In this document: piece by piece, positions 53,895-62,684 of the stretch
Position numbering within the stretch: the stretch's first letter is position 1
Layout: every line of letters starts with the position of its first letter
NCBI GenBank assembly: GCA_964628445.1
Contig: CAZVOP010000001.1
Coordinates: 27,355 to 91,354, forward strand
Direction of reading: 5' to 3'
Origin: an uncultured Pseudobdellovibrionaceae bacterium
GTDB taxonomy: Bacteria; Bdellovibrionota; Bdellovibrionia; Bdellovibrionales; UBA1609
Length of the DNA: 64,000 bases
The notes under the pieces: generated by a model
Seen by the model: only the letters and a program-made list of their open reading frames with translations
Database searches by the model: none
What the model was told of the DNA's origin: nothing
Made by a program: the position numbers and the translations under genes

Positions 53895-56024
53895 TTGCAG
53901 GACTGCGCCTATATTGCCCATGTGAAAGATATAGTGCCGGATTCGAAGCTTCACGTTGTTTCTATGATCATGGGCGTCGTGGCATTAATCCCCAGCCTTT
54001 GGCTTTTGGGCCTTTGGCTCGTGGGCGATCAAGGATCGCTAAACTGGGTCAGCTGGAACTTAAAGCAGAATGCCGCGGTCGCGCTTGTGGTCTTATCCTG
54101 CGCGATTATTTTTTACTCCCTTAAAAATAGGCCGAAGGTTGGGCAGCTCGCAGGAAGGATTTGCGGTCTCATCGCGTTGCTTATCGGGGCGCTCACCTTA
54201 GCCGAGTACGCATTGGACGTAAATTTACACATTGATCAGTTGATCGCGAGCGATCCCGCGCAAGATGAAAGTGCACTTTATCCCGCGCGCATGGCGCCCA
54301 ACATGGCGTTCGCGATTACGATCTTCGGTTTAGGTATCTATTTAATCGATTGGCGCACGTTTCGCGGGCGTCATGTTGCGGACGCTTTATTTGCGATTGT
54401 CGCCGTCCTGGCGGGGGTTGCCGTGATCGGGTATGCCTATCAGTCGGCGGCGTTTTACCAGGTTTCGCGGTCCATTCGAATGTCCGAGTTCGCTTCGGTT
54501 TTGTTGATCGTTCTGGTGCTTGCGGCCTTTATCTCACGCCCCGAACACGCGACGGCGAAGTTGTTTTTTAACGGCGGACCGGAAGGTGTATTGATTCGCA
54601 AAATGTTTCCGGCGGCGATCTTTATTCCCCTAATCATATTGGGCATCACGATGGGGTTGCGCGAGGTCGGTATCTTGAGCCGGCCGACCGGCTACACGTT
54701 GGCGGCATCGGCATTGGTGATTATTTTTTCGATCCTTGCTTGGCATAGCGCCCGCGCTGTTTCCATAAGTGAGAGCGAACGTCGGCGTCTTTTTGATCAA
54801 GAACGTACGGCATGGGCGACGCTCAACGAGATTGGGCAATCCCTTGTCGCCGAATTGAACCAAGAAAAACTTGTTCAGGCGGTGACGGATGCGGCGACCA
54901 GGCTTTCGGGTGCGCAATTCGGTGCGTTTTTTTATTCCGTGAAGAATGACCGCGGGGAAAGCTTTCAGCTCTATACGATTTCGGGCGTGCCGCGCGAGAT
55001 GTTTTCCAAATTCCCGATGCCGCGTTCGACAAATGTTTTTGCTCCCACCTTTCTCGCCACCGGTAATGTGCGTTCGGATGATATAACTAAGGATCCACGT
55101 TACGGACACAACACGCCTTACCGGGGGATGCCGGCGGGGAATTTGCCGGTGCGAAGTTACCTGGCGGTGCCGGTGGTCTCACGCGGAGGCCGCCCGGTCG
55201 GGGGTTTATTTTTTGGCCACGAAAAACCGGGCATTTTTAACGCGCAAACGGAAACCATGGTCGAAGGTTTAGCCGCGCAGGCGGCGGTGGCCATGGACAA
55301 CGCGAACCTTTATCAGAAACTCGAGGACTCGGTTCGCGTGCGCGATGAGTTTTTATCGATCGCCAGCCACGAATTGAAAACTCCGCTGACCACATTGAAG
55401 CTGCAGTCGCAAATCCGCGAAAGGTTTTTGGCCAAAGGCGACTTTGCTAAATTTTCGGCTGAAAATTTGAATAAAATGATCCGTTCCGACAGCAATCAAA
55501 TCAATCGCATCGTAAGATTGGTTGACGATATGCTTGATATTGGGCGCATCAACAGCGGAAAGCTGACTCTGCATTTAGAGAGTTTCGATCTGGGTCAAAT
55601 GGCTCTTGAAGTCACCGAGCGCATGCGTCCCCAGTTCGCGGCGGCAAGGGTCGAATTGCGCTTCCACGCGCCACAGCCGGTAAAGGTGTTGGCGGATGGT
55701 CAGCGCATCGATCAAGTCATGGTCAATCTTTTGTCGAACGCGCTTAAATACGGTGACGGCAAGCCGGTCAGCGCCCGGGTCCTTGAGCGGGGTGGCCGTG
55801 CGGTGCTCGAAGTGTCCGATCACGGGATCGGCATAGCCCAGGCGAATCATGAACTCATTTTCGGACGCTTCGAGCGTGCCGCCTCCGGCAGCGGGATCAG
55901 CGGTCTGGGACTAGGGCTTTTTATCGTCAAACAGATTTTGGATCTTCATCAAGGCCATATCCGGGTCGAGAGCAAATTGGGCTATGGTTCAACCTTCGTC
56001 GTCGATTTGCCTCTTGAGAGTTAA
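53895..56024 (+). CDS. Sensor histidine kinase with a multi-TM N-terminal sensor, GAF domain, HisKA and HATPase
   Basis: About 7 TM helices. GAF-like region (LVQAVTDAATRLSGAQFGAFF...SYLAVPV). H-box FLSIASHELKTPLT. Motifs DHGIGI and GLGLGLFIV. Start uncertain (TTG at 53895). Confidence 0.75.
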   Translation: MQDCAYIAHVKDIVPDSKLHVVSMIMGVVALIPSLWLLGLWLVGDQGSLNWVSWNLKQNAAVALVVLSCAIIFYSLKNRPKVGQLAGRICGLIALLIGALTLAEYALDVNLHIDQLIASDPAQDESALYPARMAPNMAFAITIFGLGIYLIDWRTFRGRHVADALFAIVAVLAGVAVIGYAYQSAAFYQVSRSIRMSEFASVLLIVLVLAAFISRPEHATAKLFFNGGPEGVLIRKMFPAAIFIPLIILGITMGLREVGILSRPTGYTLAASALVIIFSILAWHSARAVSISESERRRLFDQERTAWATLNEIGQSLVAELNQEKLVQAVTDAATRLSGAQFGAFFYSVKNDRGESFQLYTISGVPREMFSKFPMPRSTNVFAPTFLATGNVRSDDITKDPRYGHNTPYRGMPAGNLPVRSYLAVPVVSRGGRPVGGLFFGHEKPGIFNAQTETMVEGLAAQAAVAMDNANLYQKLEDSVRVRDEFLSIASHELKTPLTTLKLQSQIRERFLAKGDFAKFSAENLNKMIRSDSNQINRIVRLVDDMLDIGRINSGKLTLHLESFDLGQMALEVTERMRPQFAAARVELRFHAPQPVKVLADGQRIDQVMVNLLSNALKYGDGKPVSARVLERGGRAVLEVSDHGIGIAQANHELIFGRFERAASGSGISGLGLGLFIVKQILDLHQGHIRVESKLGYGSTFVVDLPLES

Positions 56025-56026
56025 TC

Positions 56027-56299
56027 ATGGACACGAATCTCAGCGGATATTTTAATAATCTGATTAAAAAGATCGAAGCCTCCGATTTGAATAACGGCGG
56101 CAAAGATAAAGATGGATTCTATAAACCGACACGCGAACTCGTGCTGCGGCATTTGAATCTGTTGCGCGATCTTCATCAAAAGCCTTTGGCCAAGGCGATG
56201 GTCAAAGAATCGTGGAAGTTCGTAACCGAAAATGTTCCGCCCGAATTTTTAATTTTAAGCAGCGAAGAGCGTTTGAAGCTTAAAGAGATTTTGAAGTAG
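56027..56299 (+). CDS. Small hypothetical protein (90 aa)
   Basis: ORF lies between the kinase stop (56024) and the dinB start. I recognise no motif. Confidence 0.35.
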   Translation: MDTNLSGYFNNLIKKIEASDLNNGGKDKDGFYKPTRELVLRHLNLLRDLHQKPLAKAMVKESWKFVTENVPPEFLILSSEERLKLKEILK

Positions 56300-56308
56300 G
56301 ATACGGAA

Positions 56309-57370
56309 GTGAAGAAGATTATTCATGTAGACATGGATTGTTTCTATGCCGCGGTCGAGGCCAAGCACCGGCCTGAGCTGAAGGGGAAACCCTTGGGCGT
56401 CGGCGGCCCGCCCAATTCGCGGGCCGTGCTCACAACCGCCAGTTACGAAGCGCGCAAGTTCGGCGTGCGTTCGGCGATGCCGTCCAGCCAAGCCGTGCGC
56501 CTATGCCCGCATCTGATCATCGTTCCGCCTAATTTTTCGCTGTATAAAAAAGAGAGCCGGGCGGTGCGCGAAATCTTTCACCGCTACACTCATCTGGTTC
56601 AGCCGCTTTCTTTGGATGAGGCTTACTTGGATGTCACGGACGCGGCCCATTGTTCGGGCAGCGCCACCTTGATCGCTAAAGAGATCCGCACGGCGATTCA
56701 AAGTGAATTGCATCTCAACGCTTCGGCAGGTATTGCGCCCAATAAGTTTTTGGCCAAAATCGCCAGCGATTGGAATAAACCGAACGGTCAATTCGTGATC
56801 AGGCCTGAGGATATCGACGACTTTATGCCTCCTCTGAAGGTGGAAAAAATTTTCGGCGTCGGAAAAGTCACGGCCAAGAAGATGCACGATTTGGGACTCT
56901 ACACCTGCGCCGATATCCAGAAGAAATCCCTTCCCGAGTTGGCGCGCTGGTTCGGCTCCCGCGCTCAGGAGCTCTTCGATCTTTCACGCGGAATCGACCA
57001 CCGCAGCGTGAACTCGCATCAAGAGCGTAAATCTCTGACCGTCGAAGAAACGCTTGAGGAAGATTTGACCGAGATCGGAGACTGCGTAAAACGCTTGCCC
57101 GCGCTTTATGAAGATTGGGAGCAAAGGATGTTGCGTACCAATGACCGCGAGAAAATCCGCGGCTTCACGGTGAAATTGAAATTTCACGATTTCAAAACCA
57201 CCACGCATGAGACTTCCTCGCGCTCATGGCCCGTACTCAGCGATTTTGAACGGCTGTTGACGCACGCGTTTGAGCGGCGAGGCGAGCCGGTGCGCCTGAT
57301 CGGTATTGGTGTGCGCCTGGCCGGCGACGACATGCCCGAAGAAACCGACCAGTTGAGTTTTTCCCTTTAG
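56309..57370 (+). CDS. dinB: DNA polymerase IV
   Basis: GTG-start MKKIIHVDMDCFYAAVE and SLDEAYLDVT, collinear with DinB. Confidence 0.9.
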   Translation: MKKIIHVDMDCFYAAVEAKHRPELKGKPLGVGGPPNSRAVLTTASYEARKFGVRSAMPSSQAVRLCPHLIIVPPNFSLYKKESRAVREIFHRYTHLVQPLSLDEAYLDVTDAAHCSGSATLIAKEIRTAIQSELHLNASAGIAPNKFLAKIASDWNKPNGQFVIRPEDIDDFMPPLKVEKIFGVGKVTAKKMHDLGLYTCADIQKKSLPELARWFGSRAQELFDLSRGIDHRSVNSHQERKSLTVEETLEEDLTEIGDCVKRLPALYEDWEQRMLRTNDREKIRGFTVKLKFHDFKTTTHETSSRSWPVLSDFERLLTHAFERRGEPVRLIGIGVRLAGDDMPEETDQLSFSL

Positions 57371-57407
57371 ATTTGCCCCGCTCTCATCGGGTGGATAGTA
57401 TTGGGGA

Positions 57408-58898
57408 ATGAAGCCGATCCCTAAGCTCCTCAGTAAATCCAAAATTATGCGCGGCTACCGCTGCACTAAAGCGATTTACCTCACGATTCAAAACCCGGAG
57501 CTTGAAACCAAGCCCGATGCCGCGACCCAAGCCGTCTTTGACCAAGGCAATGAAATCGGCGAGCTTGCCCGCACATATTATCCCGGCGGAACTTTAGTCG
57601 ATCATAAGCCGTGGGAATTCGTGCAAAGCCTCAAGACCACGCGCGAGTTGTTGAAGTCCGGTACTGAATTTATTTATGAGCCGGCTTTCGAATACAAGGG
57701 CTGTTATGCCCGCGCCGATATTTTAAAATACAACAAAGCCACCAGCCGCTGGACCCTAATGGAAGTCAAATCGGGGACCAAGATCAAAGCTGAATACTTG
57801 GAAGACGTGGGCTTACAGGCATGGATTATCGCCAACAGCGGGATCGCGCTTGAGAAAATATGCATTGTGCATCTGAACCCTGAGTGCCGCGCGCCGAATT
57901 TAAAGAATCTTTTTATTGAGGTCGATGTGACGGATCAACTGCGCGAAATATATAAGGACATCACGCCGCGCTTGAATAAGATTTTCTCCGCGATCCGCGG
58001 CCAAAAAGTTCCCGATATCGATATCGGGCCGCAGTGCTCGCAAAATCGCGATTGTGAATTTAAGACGGCGTGCTGGAGCGAGCATAAAATTCCCGCACTC
58101 AGCGTTTTCAATATTCCCGCGATCAGGGACAAAGCTTGGGAATTTTATAAGAAGGGCCAGCTCGAGTTAAAAGATATCGACGCGTCTGATTTAAGTGAGG
58201 CGCAGCAGCGCATGGTCGCTTCGCACGTGAGCGGCGAACGTTATATTGACCGTGAGAAGATTCAAGGGGCCATGAAGGACTGGAAATATCCTCTGGTCTA
58301 TTTGGATTTCGAAACGATCAATCCCGCGGTGCCGGTCTACCCGGGGACTGGGCCGTATCAGCAAGTTCCATTTCAGTTCAGCGTGCATATCCAGAGCGAA
58401 CCGGATGGTGAGCTCGAACACTATGAATTCTTGCATGAGGATCGCTCTGATCCGCGCGAAAATTTAATCCCAGCGCTTATCGAAGCTTGCGGTCATGAGG
58501 GCTCGATCGTTTCTTATTTCGCCAAATTTGAGCAGGGTTGCATCGAGGCCATGGCCGATTTTTCTCCCGAGCATCGTGAAGAATTGCTTGCGCTGGTTGA
58601 ACGTTTAGTCGATCCGCTGCCGATCATGCGCGAGGCGGTTTACGACACCGGCTTCGGCGGCAGTTTCAGTTTAAAAAACGTCGCGCCCGCGCTGCTCGGC
58701 GAAGATTTATCATATAAAGGCATGGCGGTTCCCGACGGAACGGCCGCGCAACGCGCGTTTATGGAGCTGATCAACCCGGCAACCGATGAAGAGCGCAAGA
58801 TGGAACTTCAAGAAGATATGTTGGCCTATTGCAAGCAAGATACATTGGCGATGGTTGAATTGGTGAAGTGGCTGAATGCCGCAAAGCTTCTTGCCTAG
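57408..58898 (+). CDS. DUF2779-like protein (PD-(D/E)xK nuclease-like N-terminal half plus C-terminal domain)
   Basis: N-terminal LSKSKIMRGYRCTKAIYL and ...ARADILKY...LMEVKSGTK (D...E-x-K), consistent with my recollection of DUF2779. Confidence 0.5.
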   Translation: MKPIPKLLSKSKIMRGYRCTKAIYLTIQNPELETKPDAATQAVFDQGNEIGELARTYYPGGTLVDHKPWEFVQSLKTTRELLKSGTEFIYEPAFEYKGCYARADILKYNKATSRWTLMEVKSGTKIKAEYLEDVGLQAWIIANSGIALEKICIVHLNPECRAPNLKNLFIEVDVTDQLREIYKDITPRLNKIFSAIRGQKVPDIDIGPQCSQNRDCEFKTACWSEHKIPALSVFNIPAIRDKAWEFYKKGQLELKDIDASDLSEAQQRMVASHVSGERYIDREKIQGAMKDWKYPLVYLDFETINPAVPVYPGTGPYQQVPFQFSVHIQSEPDGELEHYEFLHEDRSDPRENLIPALIEACGHEGSIVSYFAKFEQGCIEAMADFSPEHREELLALVERLVDPLPIMREAVYDTGFGGSFSLKNVAPALLGEDLSYKGMAVPDGTAAQRAFMELINPATDEERKMELQEDMLAYCKQDTLAMVELVKWLNAAKLLA

Positions 58899-58912
58899 AC
58901 AAGAGGCTTTGC
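58881..58912. repeat. Palindromic element, copy B (13-bp stem, 6-nt loop) spanning two convergent stop codons
   Basis: gcaaagcttcttg-cctaga-caagaggctttgc. Same sequence as 12993-13022 apart from the loop. The loop CTAG carries TAG of the plus gene (58896-58898) and TAG of the minus gene (58895-58897). Confidence 0.6.
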
Positions 58913-59233
58913 GTCGATCTTGAACAAGTCTGCAATCAGCGCGGCGAACTTATCCGGCATCATCATGCCGACGTGAACCTTTACGATCGTACCATCCTTG
59001 ACGGCCAATAAAGTCGGAATGCTGCGCACTTCAAACTGATGCGCGAGTTCGGCTTGTGCCTCGGTGTCGACTTTGGCAAAGAGAATGTCGGGAAACTTTG
59101 CCGCTGCCGCTTCGAACACCGGCGCGAAGGCCTTACAGGGGGCGCACCACTCGGCCCAAAAATCGATAATGACAATGTCATGCCGCTCGGTTTCGGCGTC
59201 GAAGTTTTCGCTGGTCAAGTTCATCAACGGCAT
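58895..59233 (-). CDS. trxA: Thioredoxin
   Basis: WAEWCAPCK active site. ORF trimmed to ATG 59233, which overlaps the upstream stop (ATGA). Confidence 0.8.
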   Translation of the reverse strand: MPLMNLTSENFDAETERHDIVIIDFWAEWCAPCKAFAPVFEAAAAKFPDILFAKVDTEAQAELAHQFEVRSIPTLLAVKDGTIVKVHVGMMMPDKFAALIADLFKIDAKPLV

Positions 59234-59565
59234 CAGGCCCTCCGCAATAAAAGGTCGGCGGGCGTCGCCGAGGAATTCAGTTTTCGCAATTGCCAAAGCA
59301 TATAAACAGCCGTTGCTATGTTGCCGAGAATAATGATCGCCAACAACCAGTTGAAGCGGTTGAGCCAAGCCCGTTCCTTATAGAACACCCACGCATAAAA
59401 AGTCAGAAAGCCGAGATAGGTGTCAAACAGCGTGGCGATACCCCATGGTTCACGGAATAGTTTTTCGCTTCCCGCCATAACGCTTTCAAAGCTTCCAGCC
59501 CATATGGTGACGGCGATCATGGCGGCTAGAATGAGTGAAAAGATAATTTGCAAAATGATTTTCAT
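59233..59565 (-). CDS. Small membrane protein (possibly DUF1475-like)
   Basis: Trimmed to MKIILQIIFSLILAAMIAV. Three hydrophobic helices. Confidence 0.4.
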   Translation of the reverse strand: MKIILQIIFSLILAAMIAVTIWAGSFESVMAGSEKLFREPWGIATLFDTYLGFLTFYAWVFYKERAWLNRFNWLLAIIILGNIATAVYMLWQLRKLNSSATPADLLLRRA

Positions 59566-59614
59566 CACGCGACGTCCCCTCTTGATTTCATACCATATAT
59601 TGCGAGAATAACGT

Positions 59615-60055
59615 ATGGCCAAGATCATATGCAGTTCACTTGTCGCACTTATTTTTGCCGGCGGGATTTACGCTTTGTGGCCGCGCGGTGCGCACCATGT
59701 GGATGCTCGCGCGGGCGCGCTAAGCCGTCTCGACAAAGCGTCGGATAAGCCGTGGACGGCGGTGACCGATTCAGGGCGTTTGAAAACCTTGAAAGACGGC
59801 GTGCTTGAACTTTCTTCGACAACGCTTGAGGAAAAATCAGTGGAATTTTTGAGCCAGTCTTCAGCCGATCTTTTCGGCGTACCGTTTGACGATTTGAAAT
59901 TTGACCGCCTCATCAAAGGCGGCCGCAGCAAAGTCATTTACCGGCAGGAGATCGGCGGCGTCCCCGTCGAGGGAAGTACGGTGACCCTGGTTTTTGACGA
60001 CAACCGTTTGATGCGCATTGAGAGTGGTTTAAAACCGCTTATTCAACCCGAGTGA
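59615..60055 (+). CDS. Membrane-anchored hypothetical protein with a PepSY/FTP-propeptide-like C-terminus
   Basis: N-terminal TM. ...VIYRQEIGGVPVEGSTVTLVFDDNRLMRIESG resembles protease propeptide (FTP/PepSY) repeats. Low confidence. Confidence 0.35.
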   Translation: MAKIICSSLVALIFAGGIYALWPRGAHHVDARAGALSRLDKASDKPWTAVTDSGRLKTLKDGVLELSSTTLEEKSVEFLSQSSADLFGVPFDDLKFDRLIKGGRSKVIYRQEIGGVPVEGSTVTLVFDDNRLMRIESGLKPLIQPE

Positions 60056-60263
60056 AGCGCGGACCCTTATAACCATCCACGCTCACGTCCTCTAAAAACA
60101 TTTTTTTCGGACGAATCCAAAGTTGACCGAGATCGTTGGGATAAAGCGCTTCGTAAACCACCAGTTCCTCCAGCGTTTCGCTATGCCTGGCGACGCCGAT
60201 GACCCGGTACATTTTATTTTTATAGTGGCGGTAGAGATCGCCCGGCCGGGCCTCTTCGCTCAT
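60039..60263 (-). CDS. DUF1653 family protein
   Basis: Trimmed to MSEEARPGDLYRHYKNKMYRVIGVARHSETLEELVVYEALY...WIRPKKMF. ATGA overlap with the upstream VOC gene. Confidence 0.55.
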   Translation of the reverse strand: MSEEARPGDLYRHYKNKMYRVIGVARHSETLEELVVYEALYPNDLGQLWIRPKKMFLEDVSVDGYKGPRFTRVE

Positions 60264-60736
60264 CCTTCGTTGAAGCCGTATTGCTCGGCCGCGCGTTTCT
60301 TCGCTTCTTCCGGCGATACGTTTTCGATATGCGTGGCGATGGTCCATTGATAGCCGAAGGGATCGAGGAAAGTTCCGGTGCGATCGCCATAAAATTGATT
60401 GGCGATCTCTTGTTTCACCGTCATGCCGGCCTTGAGCGCCTGTTTTGCCGTGGCATCGACGTCTTTCACATAAATCATGAAGTTTACGGGTGAGCCATTG
60501 AGCGTTTGCGCGCTCAAGTAACCGAGGTGGGGATGCTCGTCGGCCAGCATGATTTTGGCGTCGCCGATTTGAATTTCAGCATGGCTGATTTTGCCGTCGC
60601 CGACGTCCATGCGGAAAATTTCTTCGGCGCCCAAAGCTTCTTTGTAGAACTCGATGGCCTTGCTTGCGCCTTTAAAAATCATATAAGGAGTAACGGTGGA
60701 ATAGCCTTCGGGAATCGGGGAGACTTTGCTCGCCAT
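60260..60736 (-). CDS. VOC (glyoxalase/bleomycin-resistance) family protein, PhnB-like
   Basis: IPEGYSTVTPYMIFKGASKAIEFYKEALGAEE...DPFGYQWTI pattern. Confidence 0.65.
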   Translation of the reverse strand: MASKVSPIPEGYSTVTPYMIFKGASKAIEFYKEALGAEEIFRMDVGDGKISHAEIQIGDAKIMLADEHPHLGYLSAQTLNGSPVNFMIYVKDVDATAKQALKAGMTVKQEIANQFYGDRTGTFLDPFGYQWTIATHIENVSPEEAKKRAAEQYGFNEG

Positions 60737-60784
60737 GAGGGAACCTCTCTTGTTGATTTCATCTTAGTAACGGGCGGGGCCAGG

Positions 60785-61669
60785 TCAAGCCTTCTGTACT
60801 TGGAAGCGTTCGATATAATTGCAGCGGCGGCAAAGCTCTTCGGTTAAGCGGCGCTCGCGAAACCCTTTAAGCATGCTTTGCGCGCGTTCGTTCGCCAGGA
60901 TTTCCAAAATGCTGTTGTCTTGGATGCGCCCAAGCGCGATCTTCCCCTCTTTATCCAGACAACACGGGACAACGGTGCCGTCGACCAAAATACCAAAGTG
61001 ATTTTTTAGGCCGTAACAGGTGCCGGTTGAGCCAAGTACGGGAAGATGCAAATCGGGCCACACGAATTCGGTGTCGAAGTGAAGGTACAATCTATTTTTT
61101 AGCTTAAAACTTTTCTGCGCGCGCACATCGATGCTCTGGGGCATTTCGACCTCGAAGTGCTCGCTGATCCTTTTCAACATATTGAGGTTATCGTGCGTGG
61201 ATCCGCGCACCTCCTGCAGGTTCCACAGACGGTAGTTGATGTAGAGATCGGGACGCTTCTTGAAGGCGTTTTCGGTAAAGTTAAAAATTCTAGCCAAGTA
61301 TTCTCCCGGATCGCGATCCGGGTAATTGTCATGAAAGCTATGCAGCGAAAAATTCACCTGCCGGAAGGCCGGATGAAGCAAAAGGGCGGTTTGTTTCTCT
61401 TTAAGCAAAACGCCGTTGGTGACAAAAAATATTTTGCTTTCATATTCGTGGCAAATCTCAACCAACTGCTCAAGCTTCGGATGGACCAATGGATCACCCA
61501 TCAAGTGAAAGGCCACTTGTTCGGTAAGTGGCGCGACTTGGCGGACGATCTCACGGAACAAATCGACGTCGATCAGCTTCTTCGCGCGGATGACTTCCGG
61601 GCAGAAACTGCACTGCAGATTGCAGATATTCGAGATCTCGATGTGGACCTTGGCAAACTTTTTTGGCAT
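60785..61669 (-). CDS. Radical SAM protein with a C-terminal SPASM/twitch-like Cys cluster
   Basis: NICNLQCSFCP (CxxxCxxC). C-terminal GTCYG...DGTVVPCCLD...CRRCNY. Confidence 0.7.
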   Translation of the reverse strand: MPKKFAKVHIEISNICNLQCSFCPEVIRAKKLIDVDLFREIVRQVAPLTEQVAFHLMGDPLVHPKLEQLVEICHEYESKIFFVTNGVLLKEKQTALLLHPAFRQVNFSLHSFHDNYPDRDPGEYLARIFNFTENAFKKRPDLYINYRLWNLQEVRGSTHDNLNMLKRISEHFEVEMPQSIDVRAQKSFKLKNRLYLHFDTEFVWPDLHLPVLGSTGTCYGLKNHFGILVDGTVVPCCLDKEGKIALGRIQDNSILEILANERAQSMLKGFRERRLTEELCRRCNYIERFQVQKA

Positions 61670-61805
61670 GGGGGCCCGAGACTAGCATGGATAAAGGCGA
61701 TTACAAGGTTTACGGCTTTGGTCCAGGCATGGCTTGCGTCTCAATTTGAGACGGCCCCACCAAATAGGCTTTTGACTTCAATACGAGGTCTTTTATCATT
61801 ATGAG

Positions 61806-62684
61806 ATGAGACTAAGAAACGCCGTTTTGCTGTCCTTAAGCCTCCTTTTCACCCAAACCTTATGCGCCGAAATTCTGTTTGAAGGATTTTACCGCATCGA
61901 GCGGAAGAAACAGCATGTGGGCTACGTGATGCAACGGATGTCCACCGACGCCAAGGCGCGAACCAAAACGCTGACGACTTATATGCGCGTCGTGCAAGAC
62001 GGACAAGAACTCTTCGAGAGTACGAAATCGGTGGCAAGACTTGGAACGGGTGCCCCGGTCAGCAGCAGTTACACGACAAACACCTTGGGCAACCCGGTGA
62101 CGATCGTCACCCAATACAACGGGGCAAAGGGGAAGGCTTCGTTCTATTCGGGAAACAAACGCACACTTGAGCGCGCCGAGACTTTAAAGCCGGTGGCGCA
62201 TGCGAGTTCGTTCATTTTCTATTTGGCCGACTTAAGCAAAATGACGGCGGGGAAGAACTATGAATACAACGCACTCACCGAAGAGCGCGGGCGAATCGGT
62301 GTTGGCATTTTGAACTTTGTTACGGCGAAGAATGCCGAAGGCATTAAAGTGGTTCATTTGGTCGACGACTTCTTGGGGCAACCCAGCGAGAACTTTGTTT
62401 CCGAAAGCGGCGAACCTCTTGGTTCACGCTCGCCCTTTGAGGACGTGATCGTCTACTGGGTGCCGAATAAAAAAGAAGCGATGGGTGATATGCAATTTCC
62501 CACGTCTGAAATGACTTCGTTGTTCGGCGATTTGCCGGAAGGCAAAAAGAATCCGTGGTTCAAACTTCCCAATTTTAAAGCTGACGATTTCATCCGCTCA
62601 TTTCCGTCCAATCCGGGCGCACGTGCGGTGAGTTCCGAGAAAATCGTTAAAGTTCGCACGCCGATGCCGGAGAGAAAAATATGA
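61806..62684 (+). CDS. Secreted hypothetical protein
   Basis: Signal peptide (LLSLSLLFTQTLCA). 292 aa. ATGA overlap with the next gene. Confidence 0.45.
   Translation: MRLRNAVLLSLSLLFTQTLCAEILFEGFYRIERKKQHVGYVMQRMSTDAKARTKTLTTYMRVVQDGQELFESTKSVARLGTGAPVSSSYTTNTLGNPVTIVTQYNGAKGKASFYSGNKRTLERAETLKPVAHASSFIFYLADLSKMTAGKNYEYNALTEERGRIGVGILNFVTAKNAEGIKVVHLVDDFLGQPSENFVSESGEPLGSRSPFEDVIVYWVPNKKEAMGDMQFPTSEMTSLFGDLPEGKKNPWFKLPNFKADDFIRSFPSNPGARAVSSEKIVKVRTPMPERKI

Noticed and set aside
59233-59368. N-terminal extensions in the ORF track (thioredoxin 157 aa, slyD 197 aa, argB 294 aa, DUF1653 102 aa, receiver/cNMP protein 305 aa, PilZ 157 aa)
   Set aside because: The extensions overlap the upstream genes. 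In most cases an internal start codon overlaps the upstream stop (ATGA or TAGTG) or follows a good RBS, and the family domain begins there. The shorter models were used.
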